Positions 16,699 through 25,546 of a stretch of 32,000 nt of DNA are shown here, in pieces. Each line of letters opens with the position of its first letter. Position 1 is the stretch's first letter. The position numbers were made by a program, and so were the translations under genes. A model generated the notes under the pieces. That model made no database searches. It was not told where the DNA came from and worked only from the letters and a program-made list of their open reading frames with translations. The DNA is taken from contig JAIPHU010000010.1 in the NCBI GenBank assembly GCA_021735045.1, positions 10,468 through 42,467 of the forward strand. Direction: 5' to 3'. The stretch comes from Candidatus Omnitrophota bacterium. Its GTDB lineage: Bacteria; Omnitrophota; Gorgyraeia; Duberdicusellales; 4484-171.

Positions 16699-17733
16699 AT
16701 GAAAATATTATTAGTAACTGAAAGAAGTGCAGGGCATGTTTATCCGGCTTTAGCTATTGGCGAAAAAATTAGAGAAAAAAATTTAGGAAAAAATATAATT
16801 TTTTTCTTCACTAGTTCAAAGTTTTTTAAAAAGTATATTAAAAATAAAGGCTATCCTGTGTTAGGATTAACTTTTAGGTTTAGGAATATTTTAGTTGATT
16901 TATTTTGTCGTTTTATTGAGTCTATCTATATCCTTGTTAAGGTTTCGCCAGATAAAGTTATTGGATTTGGGGGAAGAGACAGTTTGTTTTTAGTTCTGTT
17001 TAGTTATATGCTTGGTAAGGAAACTTATATCTATGAACCGAATGCAGAAATGGGTAAGTCCAATAGATTAATCTCTCGTTTTATAAAAAATGTGTTAAGA
17101 GGTATCCCTCCTTTTGAGAAAAAACAAAATCACAAAATTATTGGGATTCCTTTAGGAAAAAACATAGTAAAAAAAGGAAAAGAAGAATTAAAAGAAAAAT
17201 TTAACTTTAACCATAAGCCGGTTGTTTTTTGTTTTGGAGGCAGTCAAGGTTCTCAGTTTATAAATGATAGTTTTTTTAGTTTTGTAGAAAAATATAATAA
17301 TGGTTCATACCAGATAGTTCATATTACCGGAAAAAAGGATTATTTTAGGATGGTTGATTTTTATAAAAAGATAAAGAACAATAAAGTGGTAAAGGACTTT
17401 TATCAAGATATGTCTGATTTTTATAATCTAGCTGATCTTATTTTGTCTAGAGCAGGGGCTTTGACTTTAGCCGAGATTTCTTTTTATAATATTCCCGCAA
17501 TTTTAATTCCTCATCCCAAAGCTTTTGGCCACCAGAAAACAAATGCAAACTATCTAGGAGATAAAGGTGGTGCAGTTGTATTTGAGCAAAATAACTTTGA
17601 TTCTAAAAAATTTGAATTTTATTTAAATAAATTAATTCAAGATGGCAGAACTCGGCAAAAAATGAAAAATAATCTTAAAGATATAACTATTGGAGTAAAC
17701 TATGAGAAATTTTCTTTTAATTATATTAGTTAA
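16699..17733 (+). CDS. murG: undecaprenyldiphospho-muramoylpentapeptide beta-N-acetylglucosaminyltransferase
   Basis: GT28 fold with FGGSQGS, SRAGALTLAEI and the N-terminal GH motif, after ftsW. Confidence 0.9.
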   Translation: MKILLVTERSAGHVYPALAIGEKIREKNLGKNIIFFFTSSKFFKKYIKNKGYPVLGLTFRFRNILVDLFCRFIESIYILVKVSPDKVIGFGGRDSLFLVLFSYMLGKETYIYEPNAEMGKSNRLISRFIKNVLRGIPPFEKKQNHKIIGIPLGKNIVKKGKEELKEKFNFNHKPVVFCFGGSQGSQFINDSFFSFVEKYNNGSYQIVHITGKKDYFRMVDFYKKIKNNKVVKDFYQDMSDFYNLADLILSRAGALTLAEISFYNIPAILIPHPKAFGHQKTNANYLGDKGGAVVFEQNNFDSKKFEFYLNKLIQDGRTRQKMKNNLKDITIGVNYEKFSFNYIS

Positions 17734-18517
17734 TTTGTTTTTGTTATCCGGGGAGTTTTTATTAAATCCTCAAGATGCTGATGCAAAAGTTAAAGATTTT
17801 AGGCAGTTAAAAAGTAGTCATTTTATTATAAGTTACTCTCCTGAAGTCAAAAGGCCATATGTAACTGAGGTTAAGAAAAAGGCTGAAAAATTTTATCGTG
17901 AAATCACTCAAGAGTTTCATTTAGTTCGGGATGAACTTTGGCTTTGGGATAATCGGGCCAAAATTTTTATAGCTGAAAACAGAGAAGAATACCTTGATAA
18001 TTTTAATTGCCCTAATTGGTCGTCTGCCTGTGTAAACTATAGAGAAAAAAGGATCTACACATACCCCGATCAGAAAGATTTTATATCAACTCTAGCTCAT
18101 GAGTTGACTCATATTGTCTTTCGGGAGTATGTAGGAAGGCAAATCTTGCCGCTTTGGCTGGATGAAGGGATGGCTATGTATACAGAAACAAAATTTTCTG
18201 ACTCAAGATATAAAAATTATTCTAGCCAAATTAAAAAAAAGATAAAAAATAACAGCTTTATCCCTTTTGATGAATTAACAACTATAAATGCACGAGTTTT
18301 AGGAGAAAAACCATCCTCTTATGTAGATACTTTTTATCTTCAATCTTTTTCTCTGATAAATTTTTTGATTGAAAACTATAAAAAACATCGTTTTTCACAG
18401 CTTTTGTGGAACTATAAAAATGAATCAGATATAAAAAAAGCTTTGTCTAAAACTTATTATCAACTTAATAATTTAGAAGATTTAGAAGAAAGATGGAAAA
18501 ACTATTATCTAAAGTAA
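17702..18517 (+). CDS. secreted zinc metallopeptidase, peptidase-MA (gluzincin)-like
   Basis: Signal peptide MRNFLLIILVNLFLLSGEFLLNPQDADA. HExxH motif (LAHELTHIVF) plus a downstream Glu (WLDEGMAMY), as in Peptidase_MA_2-type proteins. It overlaps murG by 32 nt and murC by 25 nt. Confidence 0.7.
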   Translation: MRNFLLIILVNLFLLSGEFLLNPQDADAKVKDFRQLKSSHFIISYSPEVKRPYVTEVKKKAEKFYREITQEFHLVRDELWLWDNRAKIFIAENREEYLDNFNCPNWSSACVNYREKRIYTYPDQKDFISTLAHELTHIVFREYVGRQILPLWLDEGMAMYTETKFSDSRYKNYSSQIKKKIKNNSFIPFDELTTINARVLGEKPSSYVDTFYLQSFSLINFLIENYKKHRFSQLLWNYKNESDIKKALSKTYYQLNNLEDLEERWKNYYLK

Positions 18518-19878
18518 AAAAAATTCATTTAATTGGAATCGGCGGTGTTGGGATGAGTGGTTTGGCTCTTCTTTTGCAAGATAAAGGATTTTTAGTCCAA
18601 GGTTCTGATATTTGCCAAACAGCTAAAACTGAGATGTTAGAAAAAAGAGGCATCAAGGTTTATTTTGGGCACAAGAAAGCTAATATTGATTCAAAAGTAG
18701 ATTTAATTTGTTACTCTTCTGCTGTTAGCCTAGACAATAGAGAGTTAGAAGAGGCGAAAAATAAGGGAATACAAATAATGCAAAGAGGAAAGTTGTTAGC
18801 TTGTTTGTGCAAAGATACAAAAACCATAGCAGTAGCAGGGAGTCATGGTAAGACTACCATAGTTTCTTTGTTAAGTTATATTTTTAAAAAAATAGGCTAT
18901 ACTCCTACACTATTTGTGGGCGGGCTGCCAGTAGACGGGTCTTTATCTGCTGTCTGGGGTAGGGATTATTCAATTATAGAGACAGACGAAAGTGACGGGA
19001 CTTTTCTTGATTACCAACCCTATATTTCAGTTATTACCAATATAGATAAAGAGCATCTAAACTATTATGGCAGTTTTGCCAATTTAAAAAAATCCTTTTT
19101 AAGTTTTGCTGAAAAAACTAACGAGAAAGTTTTTGGTTGTGGTGATCAAAAAGAGGTTAAGGAAATAGTAGATAAAGTAGGAGGGGTTAGTTATGGCCTA
19201 GATAGTGGTTGCTATCTAACTGCTAAAAATATAAGTTCAGATAAAAAGTTTAGTTACTTTGATTTATATAAAGGTAAGAAGTTATGTTTTTCAGTAAAAA
19301 GCCCTCTTTTGGGTATGCATAATTGTTGTAATTTATTGGCGGTATTGGCTATTTTTGATTATTTAAAATTAGATTTAAAAAAAATAAAAAATTATCTAGT
19401 TGATTTTAAAGGCACAGAAAGACGTTTTCAAATAAAGGCAAATATTTATGGGGTTACATTCATAGATGATTATGCCCATCATCCGACCGAAATTAGAGCT
19501 ACTTTAGAGGCTGCTAAAACTTTATCGGCAAAAAGATTAGTTGCTATATTGCAGCCGCATAGGCCATCAAGGGTTAAATTGTTATTTAAGGAGTTTTCAT
19601 CTTGTCTAGAACAAGCTGATTTAGTATTAGTAACTGATACTTATCGAGCTTCTGAGCCATACCTAGAGGAAGTAAACAGTTTTAAGCTGGTTGAGGCAAT
19701 AAAGAACCGAGGCTATAAAACTATTAACTACCTAAAAAAAGATAAATTAAGACTAAAGGTGCCAAAAATGCTTAGAGAAGGTGATCTAGTAGTATCTTTA
19801 GGTGCAGGTGATATAAATAAACAATTAGAAGGGATTATTGATGAATTCAAAAAAAATAAAACTGAAACAAAATGTTGA
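18493..19878 (+). CDS. murC: UDP-N-acetylmuramate--L-alanine ligase
   Basis: GIGGVGMSGLA Rossmann motif, AGSHGKTT P-loop and DDYAHHPTEI. Confidence 0.95.
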   Translation: MEKLLSKVKKIHLIGIGGVGMSGLALLLQDKGFLVQGSDICQTAKTEMLEKRGIKVYFGHKKANIDSKVDLICYSSAVSLDNRELEEAKNKGIQIMQRGKLLACLCKDTKTIAVAGSHGKTTIVSLLSYIFKKIGYTPTLFVGGLPVDGSLSAVWGRDYSIIETDESDGTFLDYQPYISVITNIDKEHLNYYGSFANLKKSFLSFAEKTNEKVFGCGDQKEVKEIVDKVGGVSYGLDSGCYLTAKNISSDKKFSYFDLYKGKKLCFSVKSPLLGMHNCCNLLAVLAIFDYLKLDLKKIKNYLVDFKGTERRFQIKANIYGVTFIDDYAHHPTEIRATLEAAKTLSAKRLVAILQPHRPSRVKLLFKEFSSCLEQADLVLVTDTYRASEPYLEEVNSFKLVEAIKNRGYKTINYLKKDKLRLKVPKMLREGDLVVSLGAGDINKQLEGIIDEFKKNKTETKC

Positions 19879-20698
19879 GCTAGGGCAATTGACTACTCTA
19901 GGAATAGGAGGAAAAGCTAAATATTTATTTTTAGTTAAAAATAGCGCCGAGTTATCAAGACTATTGAAAAAAATAGGAAATCAATTCTATATTTTAGGGA
20001 ATGGCTCAAACCTATTGATAAAAGATATATTAATAAAAAAACCAGTTATAAAATTAACAGATGAGTTTGGGTTGATAAAACAGAAAGGCAATCTTTTAGA
20101 AGTTGGTTCTTCAACTTTACTTTCTTTTCTGGTAAAATACTGCATTGAACATCATCTCGAAGGTATAGAAAATTTAGCTGGTATTCCGGCAACAATTGGT
20201 GGCATGCTTTCATCCGCAGCTTCATCATTTGGGACTAATATCTTTGATTGCTTAGAAGAAGTCGAGGTCATAGACAGAAAGGGTAGTATCTACAGGCTCA
20301 AGAAAGACGAAATTAATTATGGTTATAGATACTCTAGCCTTAGAGATTTAATAATAGTTAAAGGTTACTTTAATTTTTCTAAAGAAGGCAAGAAAATCAA
20401 AGAAAAAATAAAAAATATAGTTAAAAAAAGGATTGCTTTACAGGATTTTTCTTTTCCCAGTTGTGGCTCGGTTTTTAAAAATCCCGCTTCTCTGGCTGCA
20501 GGAGCTTTGGTTGAACAGGCTGGTTTGTCCGGAAAGCAAAAAGGGGATGTTAAAATTTCCAATAAACATGCTAACTTTATCCTAAACCTAGGAAGAGGCT
20601 CTTATAGCCAGGCAGATTATTTAATTAAACATGTGAAGGAAGTTATTTACCAAAGAGAAGGGATCATTTTAGAGGAAGAAGTCAAAAGATGGAGTTAA
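19838..20698 (+). CDS. murB: UDP-N-acetylenolpyruvoylglucosamine reductase
   Basis: FAD-binding region LGIGGKAKYLF ... ILGNGSNLL, and C-terminal GSVFKNP and ISNKHANFILN. Confidence 0.93.
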   Translation: MMNSKKIKLKQNVELGQLTTLGIGGKAKYLFLVKNSAELSRLLKKIGNQFYILGNGSNLLIKDILIKKPVIKLTDEFGLIKQKGNLLEVGSSTLLSFLVKYCIEHHLEGIENLAGIPATIGGMLSSAASSFGTNIFDCLEEVEVIDRKGSIYRLKKDEINYGYRYSSLRDLIIVKGYFNFSKEGKKIKEKIKNIVKKRIALQDFSFPSCGSVFKNPASLAAGALVEQAGLSGKQKGDVKISNKHANFILNLGRGSYSQADYLIKHVKEVIYQREGIILEEEVKRWS

Positions 20699-21621
20699 CC
20701 AATATAAAAGTAGGTGTTTTGGCTGGAGGAGTTTCTGAAGAAAGGGATATTTCTTTGCTTTCAGGGAGGCAAGTTTTTTCTGCCCTGGAGAGAAAAAATA
20801 TCAAAGCAGAGTTTATTGATATAAAAACCTCAGAAAATAATGAAATAAAAAAAATAATAAAAGCAGCCCAGATAGACCTAGCCTTTATTGCTTTACATGG
20901 TTCATTTGGGGAAGACGGTAAGATTCAAACTATACTTCAAGAGATTCCTTTAGCCTATACCGGTTCAGGCCCAAAAGCAAGTCTTTTTGCAATGGATAAA
21001 ATAATAGCAAAAGAAAGATTTAGCCAAAGCGGAGTTAAAACTGCTTTTTATCGTTTAGCGACAGCTAAAAACTATAATTATAAAGGTCTTACATACCCGG
21101 TTGTAGTCAAACCTTCTCATTCAGGATCAAGTTTTGGCATTTCAATCGTAGATAGTAAAGAAAAAATCAAAGAAGCTCTCAAAGAATCTTTTAAGTTTAG
21201 TGAATCAGCAATAATCGAAGATTATATTAAAGGCCGGGAGTTAACAGTAGGGATTTTAGGAGAAACTCCTTTAGCAGTAGTTGAGATTGTTCCCCAAGGA
21301 AAATACTTTGATTTTAAAAATAAATATACAAAAGGAAATTCTGTTTTTGTTGTACCGGCTAAGCTTGATAAAAAAATATACAAGCAACTACAGCAATTGG
21401 CTTTGCAGGCTCATAAAGCATTAGGTTGTCGGGATTTTTCTAGAGTTGATATAAAATTAAAGGGCGATTTGCCTTATGTTTTAGAGGTTAATTCAATACC
21501 GGGGTTAACTGAGCGTAGCTTGTTACCGCTTTCAGCTTCTGCTTGTGGTATAAGTTTTGATGAGTTGATTTTTATTTTTGTAGAAAAAGCATTATCAAGA
21601 AGAAAAAAAGTTTTGAAATAA
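20689..21621 (+). CDS. ddl: D-alanine--D-alanine ligase
   Basis: VLAGGVSEERDISLLSG, ALHGSFGEDGKIQ, ATP-grasp VVKPSHSGSSFGI, and LEVNSIPGLT. Confidence 0.95.
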   Translation: MELTNIKVGVLAGGVSEERDISLLSGRQVFSALERKNIKAEFIDIKTSENNEIKKIIKAAQIDLAFIALHGSFGEDGKIQTILQEIPLAYTGSGPKASLFAMDKIIAKERFSQSGVKTAFYRLATAKNYNYKGLTYPVVVKPSHSGSSFGISIVDSKEKIKEALKESFKFSESAIIEDYIKGRELTVGILGETPLAVVEIVPQGKYFDFKNKYTKGNSVFVVPAKLDKKIYKQLQQLALQAHKALGCRDFSRVDIKLKGDLPYVLEVNSIPGLTERSLLPLSASACGISFDELIFIFVEKALSRRKKVLK

Positions 21622-21645
21622 AAAATAGAGGAGAGTTAATAACTT

Positions 21646-22455
21646 ATGGCTAGAAGAAGAAAAAACAAAAAAATACAGTTATCTAAATTTTTCACAAATA
21701 AATTCTTTATTGGGGCTTTTATATTTTTTTTAGTTGCGGGTGTTTTTCTTTTGATTGGATATCAAATCTATACAGCAGATTTCTTTGAGATTAGTAAAAG
21801 AAATCTAAAATCTAATTTAAATATAAATAAAAACATAATAAGTAAAATAGAAGGAAAATCAATTTTTGAACTTGATTTAAATAAGTTACATTCTTATTTA
21901 ATTCGGCAGTATCCTGAATACAAAGAGATTAAAATTTTAAAAAAGTTTCCTAATTTTATTGAAATTCAGATTGAAAAAAGAAAACCAATTGCCCAAATAC
22001 GGGCTAAAAACTTTTATTTAGTTGATAGAGATGGGGTGGTAGTTAGTCAAGGTAAGAGCAATTACTTTGAAGGTTTTCCGATTATAACTGATTCGTCATT
22101 TAGACAGTATTTGCCCAAAGGTAAAAATGTTTATAGCCGGGAATTAACAGCTGCTTTTAGATTAATACAAGTTATTAAAGATGAAAACTTATTAGAGCTA
22201 ATTAATTCGCTTGACTCTGACTACCAATTTAAGTTAAAAGATATTAATATATCTTCTCCAGAGACGATATATTTTTATTTGACAAATCAAAAGTATTATC
22301 AGAAAAGGATTAAAGTTATTTTAAATAGGCAGGAATTAAAAGAAAAAATCAGCCTTTTGAAGGAACTTATAAAACAAAAATTAAAAGATAAACTATCTCT
22401 AATAAGATATATAGATTTTCGTTTTCAAAAAGTTGCGGTGGGTTTTAAAAGGTAG
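21646..22455 (+). CDS. ftsQ: cell division protein FtsQ (POTRA domain)
   Basis: Basic N-terminus, a single TM (FFIGAFIFFLVAGVFLLIGY), then a POTRA-like segment (YPEYKEIKILKKFPNFIEIQIEKRKPIAQI). It lies between ddl and ftsA. Confidence 0.8.
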   Translation: MARRRKNKKIQLSKFFTNKFFIGAFIFFLVAGVFLLIGYQIYTADFFEISKRNLKSNLNINKNIISKIEGKSIFELDLNKLHSYLIRQYPEYKEIKILKKFPNFIEIQIEKRKPIAQIRAKNFYLVDRDGVVVSQGKSNYFEGFPIITDSSFRQYLPKGKNVYSRELTAAFRLIQVIKDENLLELINSLDSDYQFKLKDINISSPETIYFYLTNQKYYQKRIKVILNRQELKEKISLLKELIKQKLKDKLSLIRYIDFRFQKVAVGFKR

Positions 22456-22457
22456 TT

Positions 22458-23606
22458 ATGAAAGCTTTTTGTGCAGTGGTTCTAGAAAAAGATAAAGCTT
22501 TTCTTTCTTTTGCCGGCCTTAAAAAAGGTAGCTTAGAGCTTCTAGCCGAGAAAGAACTACTTATCTTAAACAATGAAGATTTTCTTCAACGATTAAGAAC
22601 TAATGCCGAAAAGATAGAGCAACTAATAGCAGATTTTGAACAAGAATATTCCCTTTCTTTAAAAAAAATATTTATGGAGTTGCCTTCAGGCTTAACTAAA
22701 GAAGTCGGAGTGCAAGAAACAATAGTTTTGCCTAAAAAAAAGAAGGTTACTCCGTCAATTATTAATTCAGCCAAAAAATATATTGAAAATAAATTTCTTG
22801 AATGGAATCATCACTGCATACATCATATTGTCCTAGACTATCAAACAGAGGGCATAAAGGCTAATGAAGCACCTTTAGGGGTTTTTACTAATAAAATAAA
22901 GTTTAATTCTTTGCTTATTTATATAAAAGAGAGTTTTTATAAAGAAGTTGCGGATATTTTTTATAATATGGAAAAAGATTTTTTTGGTTTTGTAGCACAT
23001 AAAATAAGCGTGCTTTCACAAGGTTTTAAGTGTTTTAAAGGCAGCCAGGTTGCAATTAGCATCAATAGTTTTAATAGTTATGTGGGGATAAAAGATGAAA
23101 AAGGAAAAGTATCTGAAAAAGAATTTAATTTTTCTCTAGAAAAAATTATTAATGAGTTATCGAAACAGTATGCAATATCATCTGTAATCTCGGGGCAGCT
23201 ATTAAGGCGCTATGGGTCTTTTAAAGAAATTCCTTATTTTAAAGAGATAACTATAAAAAAAGAAGAAAGTTACCTAAACTTAAGTACCAAGGCTTTAGGT
23301 AATTTTTTAAAGAGAATTTTTTCTAGCAACATAAAACCGATTATAGAGGAAGCCTTAAGCGATATTAAAGAAAGCAAAAGAGAAACAACTATTTTTTCCT
23401 TTATCGGCCCTTTAACTATAAAAGATGGTTTTTATGGCTATGTTAAAAAATTATTGCCTCATAAGGTGGAGGTACCTGTTTATAAATGTAGCTCTTCTGC
23501 TTTTGGCTGCATAAAATACGGTTGCTCTAAGTCTTTAGAAAAAGCTTATGAGAAAAAAGAGTCACTATTAGGAAGAATCAAAAGAGTTTACCATGAATAT
23601 TTTTGA
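22458..23606 (+). CDS. ftsA: divergent FtsA-like actin-fold protein, ATP-binding motifs apparently degenerate
   Basis: It follows ftsQ immediately (2-nt gap). The central segment (IHHIVLDYQTEGIKANEAPLGVFTNKIKFNSLLIYIKESFYKEV) follows the FtsA 'p..y.vD...i.nP.G' pattern. The C-terminal LLGRIKRVYHEYF resembles the amphipathic membrane-targeting helix of E. coli FtsA (IKRLNSWLRKEF). The DxGT and DxGGGT phosphate motifs are not recognisable. Confidence 0.65.
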   Translation: MKAFCAVVLEKDKAFLSFAGLKKGSLELLAEKELLILNNEDFLQRLRTNAEKIEQLIADFEQEYSLSLKKIFMELPSGLTKEVGVQETIVLPKKKKVTPSIINSAKKYIENKFLEWNHHCIHHIVLDYQTEGIKANEAPLGVFTNKIKFNSLLIYIKESFYKEVADIFYNMEKDFFGFVAHKISVLSQGFKCFKGSQVAISINSFNSYVGIKDEKGKVSEKEFNFSLEKIINELSKQYAISSVISGQLLRRYGSFKEIPYFKEITIKKEESYLNLSTKALGNFLKRIFSSNIKPIIEEALSDIKESKRETTIFSFIGPLTIKDGFYGYVKKLLPHKVEVPVYKCSSSAFGCIKYGCSKSLEKAYEKKESLLGRIKRVYHEYF

Positions 23607-23630
23607 TTTGACTAATTATAAAAAATAGTT

Positions 23631-25523
23631 ATGGATAATGATATATATCAGGATTTTGTAAAAAAGTTTAGGGTTGCACTTACAAATTGCTCAGTTTATT
23701 TTTCAGAACATCCTATTTTTTTTCAGTCGATAGAAAGTTTTAAAGAGAATATTGACTTACTTACCCGGGATAAATCTTTTCTTTTAATCCAAGTAAAACC
23801 AGAGGCCTTAATCATCAACGGTAAAAATTTAGAGAAAAGAATTTTATATAAAGATTTAGCTACTTTTTTTCATAGAAAAAAAATTAAAAGCATAAAGATT
23901 AAAAAAGAAACTACTTTTCAGGAGTTATCTGAATTTTTACTCAATGTTTCACAAACTGAGAAAAATATTTTATCTAAAGGCGGGATGAAAAAAATATTAA
24001 AAGATAAGGGAGTAAAAAACATTGAAGTTGATGAGCTTGACTATTCGCAATTAATAAAAGGAGAAGGTAAAGAAGTAAAAGATGTCTGGAGTTATCTTTT
24101 AAGTTCTGAACAAATACAAGATAATAGTAAAGTTGCTAGTAGTAGTTTCGTTGATAAATTTATGGTAACAACAAAAAAATATGGAGTTAAAGAGATATTA
24201 GAAGATAAGAAACTATCTAAACAGCTATTTGATTTATTCGCAAAAATTGAAGATAAAGATAATTTTAAAAAGGTTGTTAGAAGTTTAGCCCAATCTATTC
24301 TAGATGGTAAGGCATTAGATAATATAACAAATAAAGGGCAACTTAAAAGTTTGTTTTCTTACCTAGATCCGCAAGATTTAGTTCAGTTTTTAACGAAATT
24401 TTTACAATCTGAAAAACGTTTTGATCCAGTATCATTTAGGATATTTTCTACTTTATTATCTCCTGATTTTCATAAGGCAGCTGCAAATAAATTGGGCAAA
24501 GAAATTAAAAAAGAAAAAAGCAAATTTAATATAGGCCAGATTAAAAATTTGCTTACATCTTTTGATGATAAAAATATTATTTCTATTTATCAAAAAAATC
24601 TATCAGTGAATGGTTTTAACAGTGTTAGTAAAGATTTTTTTTCTTTTGATTATAAGCATCTTCACCAAAATTACCGCCTAATCCTTTTAGATCTATTTTT
24701 TTATGAGATAAATCCGGCTCGTCTTGAGTTGATTTTAAAAAAAATAAACGCGGAAATCGAAAATGATTTTTTTAAAAATATAGATTTTATTAATAAATTT
24801 GCAAAAGTATATATTGAAAAACCAGCAAGTATAAAATTAAAAAGGCTTCAGAGCATAGCAAATAAGATTTGGTTTCAAGCTGAAAAAAACATTTTTGATA
24901 TAGATGATTTCAGAAAGTTATTTTTTTTAACAAAAATCCTAGATTCAACCACTTTAAATCTTTCTTTTTATTTAGATAAAATTGAAAAAAAGCAGTTTAA
25001 TCCCCTAGTGTTTAGGCTTTTTTTTAAGTTTTTTCCCCGACAAGCAGATAAAATATATCTAAGAATTAAAAGCAAAACTACTGATTTTAATTTTTTGAAA
25101 AAAATTATATCAGATTTAAAGTTAAGTAATAACCAGCTTGCTTTAGAGGTTTTTAAGAACTTATTTCAGTTGGTGCCGGTTCCGGTAAAAATTGATATAT
25201 TGGATACAATCAAAGGTTACTCTCGGTGTGATCCAGATTTTATTTTACCTTTAACCAATAACCAAAACTTCCATCTTCGTAAAAAATCAATTGAGGTGGG
25301 AATAAAATTTCCCCAACTCCATAAACAAATAGCCAAAAACCTTTTTTCTTTACCGAACTATTTTGGCTTGAATTCCAAGACTATTTTGGAGAATTTAGAG
25401 ATAATCGATCAAAATTATATTTCCCAGGTTAAACTATTTATAGAAAAGCTGGCAAAAGCGAAATTTTTTTGGAATAGGCAAGTAAGAAAAAAAGCTAAAC
25501 AAATATTAGAGAGCCATTTATAA
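23631..25523 (+). CDS. hypothetical 630-aa protein, N-terminal domain paralogous to the downstream HD-GYP protein
   Basis: Long uninterrupted ORF with the same codon style as its neighbours. Residues about 9-130 align by eye with residues about 8-130 of ORF 25547..26881 (F[VL]K, Y-x3-HP-x-F-x2-S, K-I-x2-I-x-[FI]-K ... EL). No tubulin/FtsZ GGGTGSG signature is present. HEAT-like helices near the C-terminus are possible but weak. Confidence 0.6.
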   Translation: MDNDIYQDFVKKFRVALTNCSVYFSEHPIFFQSIESFKENIDLLTRDKSFLLIQVKPEALIINGKNLEKRILYKDLATFFHRKKIKSIKIKKETTFQELSEFLLNVSQTEKNILSKGGMKKILKDKGVKNIEVDELDYSQLIKGEGKEVKDVWSYLLSSEQIQDNSKVASSSFVDKFMVTTKKYGVKEILEDKKLSKQLFDLFAKIEDKDNFKKVVRSLAQSILDGKALDNITNKGQLKSLFSYLDPQDLVQFLTKFLQSEKRFDPVSFRIFSTLLSPDFHKAAANKLGKEIKKEKSKFNIGQIKNLLTSFDDKNIISIYQKNLSVNGFNSVSKDFFSFDYKHLHQNYRLILLDLFFYEINPARLELILKKINAEIENDFFKNIDFINKFAKVYIEKPASIKLKRLQSIANKIWFQAEKNIFDIDDFRKLFFLTKILDSTTLNLSFYLDKIEKKQFNPLVFRLFFKFFPRQADKIYLRIKSKTTDFNFLKKIISDLKLSNNQLALEVFKNLFQLVPVPVKIDILDTIKGYSRCDPDFILPLTNNQNFHLRKKSIEVGIKFPQLHKQIAKNLFSLPNYFGLNSKTILENLEIIDQNYISQVKLFIEKLAKAKFFWNRQVRKKAKQILESHL

Positions 25524-25546
25524 AATATAAATAGGCCGTTAAAAAG

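Noticed and set aside
23631-25523. 630-aa ORF in the ftsZ position considered as a highly divergent FtsZ.
   Set aside because: It has no glycine-rich tubulin signature or other GTPase motif. Its N-terminus instead aligns with the regulatory domain of the adjacent HD-GYP protein.
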